From: Schmidtea polychroa
Lineage: Eukaryota
Length of the DNA: 64,000 nucleotides
Assembly (NCBI GenBank): GCA_044892525.1
Contig: CM097885.1
Location: 30,010,001-30,074,000 of the forward strand
Direction of reading: 5' to 3'
The position numbers and the translations under genes are program-made. Positions 13,202 to 24,000 of the stretch are shown here, piece by piece; positions within the stretch are counted from its first letter, which is position 1; each line of letters starts with the position of its first letter. The notes beneath the pieces were generated by a model. The model searched no databases. It had not been told where the DNA came from and was given only the letters and a program-made list of their open reading frames with translations.

Positions 13202-13576
13202 TCATTTTGCAAATATAGTTCCATGTCCTTTCATTCGTTTGTTTATACGCAATATTCCATGTCCTTTACGTTTTGGAGCTGGGGCTGGAGCTGAGGTTGG
13301 AGGTGTATCTTTTTGAAACATACAAGCAACTCCAGGTAGAACCTTCCTTAACTTAGCTAAAGCATTTGTTTTTAGGGATGGTAATATTTTCTGTTCATTC
13401 ATAATCATATCTTTAGCAGTTTTCATGCCAAAACTACCAATACGTTTAAGAATAGGAAGTGCAAATCTCCCTATTGTTTTTAAACAACCTGATCCGTACT
13501 GTTTACCAACGAAATATGGTAATTCACCTCCAGATTGGCTATCACTATACATACAAATAATATCTGAATTAGTCAT
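13202..13576 (-). CDS. Small basic Polinton core-like protein between the minor and major capsid genes
   Basis: QSGG...FVGKQYGSG...RFALPILKR motif with a basic C-terminus; position in the capsid module. Confidence 0.65.
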   Translation of the reverse strand: MTNSDIICMYSDSQSGGELPYFVGKQYGSGCLKTIGRFALPILKRIGSFGMKTAKDMIMNEQKILPSLKTNALAKLRKVLPGVACMFQKDTPPTSAPAPAPKRKGHGILRINKRMKGHGTIFAK

Positions 13577-15180
13577 CTACTTTATGAAAATGTAGTGTCA
13601 AATGAGTTTTTGAGTCTTTTGGGAAGTTTATTAGTTTTCCACTATCGTCACGAATATTTATTTCTATATTGTTTATATATGAGCTTGAAATTGGTAAATA
13701 CATGGGATTATCGATATTAATATTGACAACTTCGTCGTGTTCATATCTTCCAATCCACACCGATTCCAATAGAGGAACACTGGAATCAACAATGATGGGC
13801 TCAATAATATTAGTATATATGAACATTTGTTGATGATGTTCAAGTATTCTTGGTTTACGTATACCAGTCGATTTTTCCATATATGTTTGCTTCTCTAATC
13901 AAAGTGTATTTGTCAAATTTTTATCAAATGTAACTTCGCAAATGTCATCATTCAAACTGAAGGAAAATAATAAATCTTTCATAATGTCCAAACTTTTAAA
14001 TATGTGTGAACAATTGTACTTTAAATATTTAAGTAACACATCAAGTTTATCAATATATAATTCGTCAGCAAAGGTGAATGATTCTTCAATTTCATTATTA
14101 TACGACAATCATATTTTGATTTCTTCTTTCATTACACTGTTTGCTTCAAATAGATCAAAGCGTAATAAGTATTCTGTTTCCATAACTTCATTTTTCAACT
14201 TATTGCAACCCATTCGTTTGGCATCTTCAATAGTTTCGAATGTTATTGTAAATGGTTTAAAATCACAACTGATATTTAATCCATCCTTGTAAAACATAGA
14301 GCAGGGATATTCAACTGGCCCTTTCAATATCTTGGAATATTACACATATATAAAAATATTTGGTGATATCTGCATAAAAACGCAGAGGTACTTTTTTTAT
14401 GTATAATATTTGACCTTAAGGCGTATTAAAATAGATCAGCTAATATGGGTTTGTTGATTTTTAAAAAATATATTTAAGGAATATACATTTCTTGCTTACC
14501 CCATAATTTTTGAATGCAGATTCGCATCGATTTGAAAGAGGAAATAGTTTGAATAGGAAACGGGGTTTACTTAATATTTAATAAAATTAATATGTGTTTA
14601 AGTGGCTGTGATCATTTAAATTTCTTGGAAAAATCGTCTAACACCATAAAAATTAAAAGAAAAAATGGCAATAAAGTTATTAATTTAAAATGCGCCAGGA
14701 AAATACATATTAATATAAAAATAAATGGTAAACATTATAATACTTGGTAATAGAATAACAATCACTAAAACCAGTTTATTTTTGTTACTTTGTAATCCGC
14801 TACAAAACTAACTACTTTTTAATTGATACGGCCCTCGATTGCCGTTATAAGAAAAAATTGGCCCTTCATAATATTTAGTTGAATACCCATGACATAGAGC
14901 AATGCGGATCTAATATTTGATTCGGAATATGATATGTTTTATCATAATTACTGATAACAAAGATACCACTACATATTTTCATAGCATTATTTTTGATATC
15001 AATCTTACATTGACTATAAAATGGGAATGTATTGTACACGAATGTAAAATCTTGCAGTGCAACTTCCCAGTCACTATTTAACGAAATCAGATTCTGGAGA
15101 TTGACCATGAATTTACTGGCTTGATGATCTGGATGAATTAATGGGCAGCTATTGCTTCGTAAAATAGTATAAAAAATCAC
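13569..15180 (-). pseudogene. Polinton minor capsid (penton) protein, fragmented, with a probable insertion at ~14350-14875
   Basis: N-term FYTILRSNS...FMVNLQNLISLNSDWEVALQDF; C-term MFIYTNIIEP...PLL...NPMYLPISSSYINNIEINIRDDSGKLINF...LTLHF. Confidence 0.75.
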
Positions 15181-15810
15181 TCTACTAGGTCCTTTTCTGA
15201 TATCCATGATGGGTTTTGATATCCATGCCATTTGACATAATATTGTTTATCCTTGCCGACCTTTTTAGTTTTCAATATATTTTGAAATCTAAATACTTTT
15301 GGAGGAGGAATAACTTGTGATTCTTGCTCATAAAAATTTCCTTGTACAACATTATTATTATTGTTTTTGATGACATACATTACAGGGCTCTGGCTAGTAT
15401 TTATTTTTGAAATTACAAAGACTTCATCACTCAAATTTGTATCGAAATTTTTAATAAATGGTGATGCACTATTTTTGCTAATTTTAACATGGTCACCTAC
15501 TTTATATTTAGGTTTTGTAATTGTTACAGGTTTGGTAGAATAGAATGTTTTTGAAGTGATATCAATCGGCCTTAATCCATTCAGTCCTCAATGTGATGAA
15601 TTATTATAACTGGTTATAATTTTTGGTAAAACCAATACCCATTTTTTATTACCTTGATGCACAAATAATTTCTGTAATCTTTCTCTCAATATTCTGTTAA
15701 ATCTTTCAACATGACCAGCTTTGTATTAAAAATGTACCAAGTGATGGTTTATTTTCAATTTATTGAGGATTTGCTTGACCTTTGCATGACTGTTATAGAA
15801 TTCTTTACCT
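15177..15810 (-). pseudogene. Polinton retroviral-like integrase, C-terminal half with chromodomain, lineage B
   Basis: GKEFYN...AGHVERFNRILRERL...SYNNSSH...KYKVGDHVKI...GNFYEQE...QYYVKWHGY...SWI. Confidence 0.8.
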
Positions 15811-15812
15811 AA

Positions 15813-15849
<37 letters not shown>

Positions 15850-18800
15850 CAATAAAAAATAATTTAAGCCTTTTGCTGCAAATAATGTATTTAATGAAAG
15901 AATTTTCGACTATAAGATAGTCCTTGTCAATCTCCGGGAATTTAGCAATGTTCTTCCCCAAAATACCTTTCAATCTTTCTTTTATTTCCTTTCTATTAAT
16001 TCTCATTGGTTGTAAATATAATGACTAACTAAAAATTTTTAAAATTTTTTACATTTAAAATTTCAAAATGACACAAACTAAAAATTTTTAAATTTTTTTA
16101 CAGCTTCTATAATTAGCTTCTAGAAGTCTAATAAAATATTTGAAAATATTCTAAATAAAGCCTCCAATAACCACTTATATATGCTATTTAAATATTTCAA
16201 TGAATATGTCAATTTTGATTTTAAAACCCTATTTTTTTAAAATTTTTTCTATATTATTCTAATTATTACTTTTTAATTTATTCTATTTTTTTTTATTTCT
16301 TTATATATTGTCAGTTATTCTCAAGGTCAATGACAACAGATCAAATTCATGATTTCATTGATTTCTTCTTTAGTGTTGATCTTTGGCTGTCTGTTTATGA
16401 TGAGAATTGCTTCTTTGAATCTGACATTTTTCTTTTTGATGTTTCCATTAGCTATGATTTCTATTGAAATATTTTTTCTTTCCTCTGTTGGCTGACACTG
16501 CCGGAGATGTCTGCCCAACGAGGATGTTCCACCAGGATCTAGATGTTCTTTGACTCTTTGGTGCAAGGTCCTAGGGATACTTCCAATGTAGATTTCAATG
16601 CATACATTGCACGTGATGCAATAGACGATGTTTTTTCTAAAGCACATATCTTTCGGTGTCTGGCAGTTTTTCATTGTGCAATTGTTTTCTCTATTTATGT
16701 TGCCTGCCAGAGCCCTTCTCAATGTCCAAGATTTATGTGCAATCCGAATTGGAAGACCGGTACGCTTAAGTTCTTTCAAGATCTTGAAGTCGAGAATGTC
16801 ACTGATGAATAGGATATTCAGATAGAAATATTTCTGATTCTCTTGTGTTAATTCCCTAGATCTTTTTGGGGTAGAATTCATTCTTTCAATGTCCTCACCT
16901 TGGTATCCGTTTCGCTGTAGGATTTTATTGAAATTTGATTGTTCTTTAAAGTTTTCGTTTTTCTCCGTGCATCGATTGGCTATTCTTCGTTTCTCTTATG
17001 ACATGTACTTTCTGTAAGTATGGAAGCGCTGATCTTTGGTTCATAAATATTTCTTTGCGAGATGGTTTTCTGTAGATCCGTATGTTGGAGTATTTCCTTC
17101 TATTTTGATTCTCAAATCCAATACATTGAGGGATCCATCTTCTTCCGGATATTCGATTTCGAACTTAATATCTTGATGAGCCGCATTGAATCTATGAAAT
17201 ATTTCCTCCGCTTCTTTTCTGCTTTTGGTCGTGATGAAGATGTCATCTACATATCTTGCATAGAAACCGATGGGTTGTATGGTCCTCAGTGTCTGTCGTT
17301 CGAGGTTATCCATAAAGATGATTGCTAGCAGTCCTGATATGCTAGAACCCATAGGCAGACCTTTAACTTGTTTAAAGATATTTTGTTCAAAGGTAAAATA
17401 GGTGTTCTCGAGGTTAACAATAAGTAGTTTGGTGATATTCTCAATATTCATTTCCTTTATTAACAAGTTGCTTTCTCTTAATTTCTTTTCTAAACATTGA
17501 ATAGCCTCTGTTGGTTCGATAGATGTGTATAGTGATACGACATCAAGACTGAATGGGTATTGGAATTCTCTATGACAAGTGAGTTTTAATTAGGTGGTAG
17601 AAGTTAGGAAGATCAGAATATTTTGTGACGAAGCTGTTGGTTATTCTGTTGTTGAACCTCATTTCCCAAGCTATGGCTTTCCATACTTTGTTGATCTTCA
17701 TTTCGATGGTGTTTGTGACATGCGGCTGACTTTCTTGTAAGTTTCGATGTTACCGAGGTGTTCGTAACCAGCTTCACAGTAACGATTCCTCTCTATAATG
17801 CAAAATTCTCCCCCTTGTCACTTGGTAAGTAAACGTACGGTTTCTTTTTAAGGGATTTTAATATTGCCTGTTTGTCTTTCGTTAGGTTTGAGAGATATGG
17901 TTTTCTTCTTTCCTTCTCAACTATCTCCATGATTTTGTGACAGACCTTTGAGAGTGTTGAATCTAATTCTGCATCAGGATTTGGTTGATAGAGTTTATCT
18001 GTGTTTATGTATACTGGGAGCTGGTTTTCGCTATTTTCATTTTCATGCTGTATTGTATTGTTCCATTTGATCTGGTACGCAATGCGACAAAGAGCTGTTT
18101 TGAAATTGAGGATGGCTGCTTCATCTATTTCTCTGTTTATACTGAACTTTGGTGCTAGTGAAAGTAATCCTTTTTCACCTTTGGATAGACAATTTGTGAG
18201 GTCGGTTACTAGTTCTTTGTTCACTGTAATGCTTTCGTTTCCGTCCAGTGTTTCATTGTTCGAAACAAGGCCTGCTTTGAGCTCCTTTTTCTCAAAAGGT
18301 GTTTGATTCTTTTCTCAAATCGCAGGGAATAATGTGCTTCTGCTGTCATGAAGGATTGTCTTTGTACCTCGTAGAACAATTCTTTTGGGTGGTTATTCAA
18401 ATACGTCTTCAAAATGTTTTCTTGATTCTTTTGTTCCCGATGAGTTTCTCAGTACATACTTCTAATAAAATTTTTTAAAATATACTCTTTGATGTTTTTA
18501 TTTCTCTTGATGTTTTGATCTTTGTTGAGAATCTGAGGTAAGTGGATGTTATCAATTGTTGTTGGATAGATCATTGTTTCCTTACATCGGCGAAGGAAAT
18601 TTATTTGGCAGTATAATTTCGCAATTTTCTCGTTGTTTCTAGCTATATTCCGTATTTCTAAGTATTTTGCCCGGCTCAGGCCTTTCGAAAGTATAAAATG
18701 ATGATTTCTTGGTAGCAGCATTTATTATTTAAAACAATAAAATAATAATTTAAGCCTTTTGCTGCAAATAATGTATTTAATGAAAGAATTCACAACCAAA

Positions 18801-18850
18801 GCCGGATTCTTGTACAGGGTTCGTCCACATCTTCCCTATTACAACAAGAA
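15811..18850 (-). mobile_element. Penelope-like retroelement (RT + GIY-YIG endonuclease), degraded, with partial direct terminal repeats
   Basis: RT: KQVKGLPMGSSISGLLA...YARYVDDIF (17041-17466); GIY-YIG: NIVYCITCNVCIEIYIG...RVKEHL...KEAILI...PKIN (16327-16640); repeat 15846-15904 = 18731-18790; (AAT)n at 15813-15847. Confidence 0.9.
15896..15935 (-). ncRNA. Candidate minimal type I hammerhead ribozyme in the Penelope terminal repeat
   Basis: Minus strand GAGA-UUGACAA-G-GACUAU(CUU)AUAGUC-GAAA-AUUC-UUUC: core with U3:A8, 6-bp stem II, palindromic AAUU stem III, 4-bp stem I. Confidence 0.6.
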
Positions 18851-18891
18851 GATTTAATATTAAATTTAATGTCTGGTAATGAAGGATTATA

Positions 18892-19239
18892 TCACCTAAT
18901 AATGATATTGCTAAAAATATCAATGCACGGATAATTTCTATCTTGTTGTTTATATATAATCTTTCTCATTTGTTGACGATATTTATTATTTACTAGTGAT
19001 AGCAAAGGTTTCCTATGTTTACTCAATAATTGCTTTTTAGATTTACTTATTTTAATCTTGCCTTTGACTACTTTAAGTATAATATCGAGTAAATCATCGA
19101 CAACATAATTTGGAAATGATTGCAAAATACTGTTTCTTTTTCTATTTGGTGCCTTTAACAATGTATTAAAAAACAGGTAACTCCTATGATTTTTAACAAC
19201 TTTACTTTTAGATTTAGGATTTTTCGAAATAAGATTCAT
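18892..19239 (-). CDS. Conserved small basic Polinton protein downstream of the ATPase (C-terminus probably lost)
   Basis: LLKAPNRKRNSIL...DDLLDIILKVVKGKIKISKSKKQLLSKHRKPLLSL...RKIIYKQ pattern; synteny with the ATPase. Confidence 0.55.
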   Translation of the reverse strand: MNLISKNPKSKSKVVKNHRSYLFFNTLLKAPNRKRNSILQSFPNYVVDDLLDIILKVVKGKIKISKSKKQLLSKHRKPLLSLVNNKYRQQMRKIIYKQQDRNYPCIDIFSNIIIR

Positions 19240-19275
19240 TGCAGGAAAATTTTCGGTAATAAGTTCTTTATGTTT

Positions 19276-19914
19276 TCAACTTTGTTTTGAACTTTGTTTA
19301 TAAACCATGGCACCTTTTGGGTTGAAAATATCTGTTTTTACCCGTATATCATCAGGACATTGTTGTGTGAAATCGAGAAATATATACCCATGAGGTATTT
19401 TCGTACCATCTTTTTATGCATTGATAAGAAAATTACGGTTATTAGGGTATGCTTGTCGTCCAAGAAAATCAATCACTGTTGCATCTCTAGGATTCTTGAA
19501 AATAACTAAATATTGTACATTTAAATTACGTGTTCCACGTGCACCACCTTGATGAAATAGATTTTGTGTTATGAAAATAACTGTTACACCAACATGTCTG
19601 CTGATTTTTGTTAATAAATTATTAAAATCCTTTTCTTTATTGGCTTCTTGGTACACATCATCAATAATGATGACATAATCTTTCTTCAAACGTCTTGACC
19701 ACTTTTTATCAAAACCCTTTACTATTTTCATGTTTTTCAACTGACAGAAACTTGATTGGGTCAATCCATATTCTTCGTCGGCGCCCTTATGCCAATAAAT
19801 ATTATTGAATTTTATTTTAAACAAATTTTATTTTAGTAATTTACAAACAAATAATGTTTTTCCAATACCACTTGGACCAACGATTTGGTATACTGCATCA
19901 TTTCTTAATTCCAT
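19276..19914 (-). pseudogene. Polinton A32/FtsK-like packaging ATPase, lineage B
   Basis: Walker A VGPSGIGKT, Walker B IIIDD, SRHVGVTVIFITQNLF, YLVIFKNPRD; in-frame stops. Confidence 0.9.
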
Positions 19915-20479
19915 TTTCCCAGTCATTTCTTTAATTTCTGGAGCCAACTCCACTTGATAATTCGTTTCTTCAATTTTTGTTTCTGGTTTCGTCAATAGTA
20001 TCTCCCTTAGTCTCGCATCAGGTGCTTTATTTGCGATGAGATCTTCTTCTGATCGTCCTGAATTTACAACTTCAGCTAAAGCTTTCCTTAGCCGTATCTC
20101 AAAAGCTGCAAACCTTTCATCATCTTCCTGTTCCATAGTTGCCAATTCTCTGATTTTGTAATTGTGAACGTATATAAGAACCGAGCTTTGGCTTTCACAT
20201 CAGTTGTTTCTTTTTCTCTGACGTTTCCCGACAATGTCTTTGCTTCTGCCATTAATAACACATCGAAAGTGCTTGTCAATCGCTGTCCATTTGTCAGCAA
20301 CCATTCTTCGATATCTCTAATCCATTCTTCGGCTTCTTTTAAACCTCGTCCATCATATCGCCTGATGTTCAGTGTGAGCATATCTTACATGATTTCGCTA
20401 GGCATTCCATCAGCGATTTTGTAGATTTCTCAATGGTGCTGATATTTTGATTTTCGGCGAGGTCGCCAGTTAAATCCAT
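19915..20479 (-). mobile_element. LTR retrotransposon (Gypsy-like) gag fragment
   Basis: IRRYDG...AEEWIRDIEEW and MHR-like QEDDERFAAFEIRLR; frameshifted. Confidence 0.6.
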
Positions 20480-21061
20480 CTTTAAATTTCGCAGCAAAAA
20501 TCTTGAAACCAACAATATATAATTAATCAATGAATTTATAAATAATAAGTTTTAAATTTTTTACAAAAACCGCCAACTCCAAATTATTTAAACAAAAAGA
20601 TATCTAACTTATTTATTTTTTAAAAAAGTTGAAGAATTTTACTTTAAAAAAAGAAATTTTTTTAAAATTATAATAAAATTGGATTAAAAATTTCAAGTTT
20701 CACTAAGGAAATAAATTGTCAAATGCGGAATTATTTATATTTCAAGTTTACTTAAATGAACTGATAATTTCACTGTAAAGCTTAAAATTCAACTTTGTTT
20801 AAATATTCACAATTTTTTGATAATAAATTGTTATTTGAAATTCAATGTCATACAGACAATTTGACAAGTGATCATATTTTAAATTTATTCAGATTAATTA
20901 TTTAATATTTAGGTATTACGAGGTTATTTATAAAGAAATTGTTAATGTATTTAGTATAACTAATTATTTCTTATTTAGAATAGTTTACGTCAAAATGATA
21001 ATAACAATAACAGGGGTAGTTTTAACTTATTAACAAATTGTAAATTAAATTTCAATGTTAG

Positions 21062-24000
21062 GCTTAGATCGTAAAATGCCTTTAATTCCAAATCAATATG
21101 ATCCGAGGAGATATATAGAACCTACTAATGAATATAATAGAATGAACTATTCAGAAATGAGAATGCAAAGCGTAATAAATATATTTTAACGGGTTTTTTC
21201 AAATTTAATGTAGTTAGATTATTATAATATTTCAAACCAAAGATATAATAGTAATATTTATAACGAAATACGAATAAATGTAAATAATCATAACCCAAAT
21301 CCTCCCAAACCATTTCATGAATATAATCCGCCCGTTCCAATGAATATTGCTCAGCCAATGACAGGAAATCGATATTATAACAGCAACAAAGCCCCAGAAG
21401 CTCCCAAATCAATCGGATACAAACCAGCTCATCGATCCAAACTATTTAATGCAAATGAAAGAACAAATGTGTTAGCAAAGGAGAGAATGTCACAATTATT
21501 ACTAAAGGCAAACACAAACAAAGATGAATCAAACCCGCCAGAAAAGAAATTGAAAGTCAATCACGATTCAACAAGCAATGCCGCCTCCCGATTGGGCGAG
21601 GGATTATCGAGGGAAAATCGACAGTTAAAAGAGTTTGAAAGCCTCGGTAAGGAATCGGCAGAAATGGAGAGAGAATTGAACGGGCTATTAGCGGATTATC
21701 GGCAGCAGAAGGAGGAATCGCTGAGGAAGCTCGATGCGTACCGAGAGCTGAAACGCAAGCATGAATCACTGCTGGAACGCATGAAAACGATTGGCAAAGG
21801 TAGGAGAAATGGATGGCTATGAATGATTGGATAAATTGTTATTTGGGCGCTTGCATTAAGGTACCGAGAGGGGGCAGGAGCAGGGGGAGCATTCCACGCC
21901 TGATTTGCCAATTGCCGCTGCTCAAGTGGACTCGATTGACGGGTAAATGTTTTGATTGGTTGGTTTTGATTGGCTGGTTTTGATTGGCTGGTTTAGGAGT
22001 GTCGGATTGGGCGGGGTAAGGGGCAGCAGGATGGCGGTGGCCAGGATTTGCCAACGCCTTTCTCAATCAGCACCAGCATTGAGTGAGAGCAATGCAGATA
22101 CCAACTGCTCCCATGCCCAGGTTATCGGATTGCCACAGGGCAAGGCGGCCATAGCAGATCAGCGAGCCCAGGCTGTCAATGGCAACACCACCAAGTCCAG
22201 TCAGGTCCACAGTGCACCAATGAATATCAAAGAGTCAAAAATCATCAAGAATCACCACAGATCAAGAAGTCTCAACAAGCTAAGCACTCGACAAAGATCT
22301 AGGAGTCACAACAGGTCAAGAAGACGCACTAGATCAAGGAGTTACACTAGATCAAGAAGACGCACTAGATCAAGGAGTTACTCTAGATCAAGAAGACGCA
22401 CTAGATCAAGGAGTTACACTAGATCAAGAAGACGCACTAGATCAAGGAGTTACACTAGATCAAGAAGACGCACTAGATCAAAGACTCGACAAAGATCAAG
22501 GAGTCACACGAGTTCAAAAAATCATCCCAGATCTAGGAGACGCACTAGATCAAGGAGTCACAACGGATCAAAATCATCAAAGCAGATCAAGTGCTCAACA
22601 AAGATCAAAGAGTCACAACAGATCAAAGATTTAAAACCGATCAAGGAATCACCACAGATAAAGGAATCACCACAGATCAAGGAATCACCACAGATCAAGG
22701 AATCACCACAGATCAAGGAATCACCACAGATAAAGGAATCACCACAGATCAAGGAATCACCACAGATCAAGGAATCACCACAGATCAAGGAATCACCACA
22801 GATAAAGGAATCACCACAGATTCAAGGTGATGCCAAGATTATTATCAATGAGTCACAAGGTCATGGAGTCCAGAGTGTCAAATTGGTCGTCGCCAGTTCT
22901 GATGCTAGGTCTAGTTCTGAAGATAGCGACAATGACGATCATCATCAAAAAGCGCCATCGGTTGTGAAAGGAAAGACAGCCGAGGCCAGTCAGGTCCATT
23001 CAAAAGAGTCAAAAGCGGTCATAGTAGATCAGGAAGCCCAGGTTGTCAAATTGGCCGATGTGAGCTCCAGTGACGAGGCTGGCTCTAGTGACGAGAATAG
23101 CGAAAGTGACGAGGGTAGCGACAGTGACGAGGATAGCGACAGTGACGAGGATAGCGACAATGACGATCATCATCAAAAAGCGCCATCGGTTGTGAAAGGA
23201 AAGACAGCCGAGGCCAGTCAGGTCCATTCAAAAGCGATAAAAGAGTCAAAAGCGGTCATAGCAGATCAGGGAGCCCAGGTTATCAATTTGGCCGATGCGA
23301 GCTCCAGTGACGATGGTAGCTCTAGTTCCGAGGATAGTGACAGTGACGAGGATAGCGACAGTGACGATGCTCATCAGAAACCGCCATCGGTTGTCAATGG
23401 CAACACCACCAAGTCCAGTCAGGTCCACAGTGCACCAATGAATATCAAAGAGTCAACACAAATCAATGAGCACAGCAGTGGTCCGATTGCAATAGCAAAA
23501 CCTGAGCCTAAAGTCAATATTAAAAGTAATTTGTGATCTTATTTCCTCGTGTCAATTAATATTTCAATCAATGACGGAAAATAATATTAAAGGGTGAATA
23601 TTGCGTCCTCATTATTATATATTCAATACCTCTATGTTAGCAACTCCCCTGATACTTATATTGATCATTACATAACTGAGTGAATGATTCTTGGTATCGT
23701 TACGTAATAGGGCATTCCTTAGAAATTGTTATTAATACTTATAACAAATGATGGACAAATATTTCTATTCAAATTAGTCAACATCAATAGGCCATATTAC
23801 GCAATAGGAGCCTTTACCTACTCACTCACATACCCGGATAATTAAATTTCATTTATTTTTGTTATTTATGATTATTTTTTATTTTATTAATTATTTTTAT
23901 TATCATTATTTATTAATAATATTTGTTATCCACAGAAATAAAATTAATTGCCTATTTTATATTATAATTGCAATAATATATAGATCGATAAAAATGGTAT

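Noticed and set aside
22558..23428. Antisense and alternate-frame ORFs over the repeat exon (ICGDSL, DQGITT)
   Set aside because: By-products of stop-free tandem repeats
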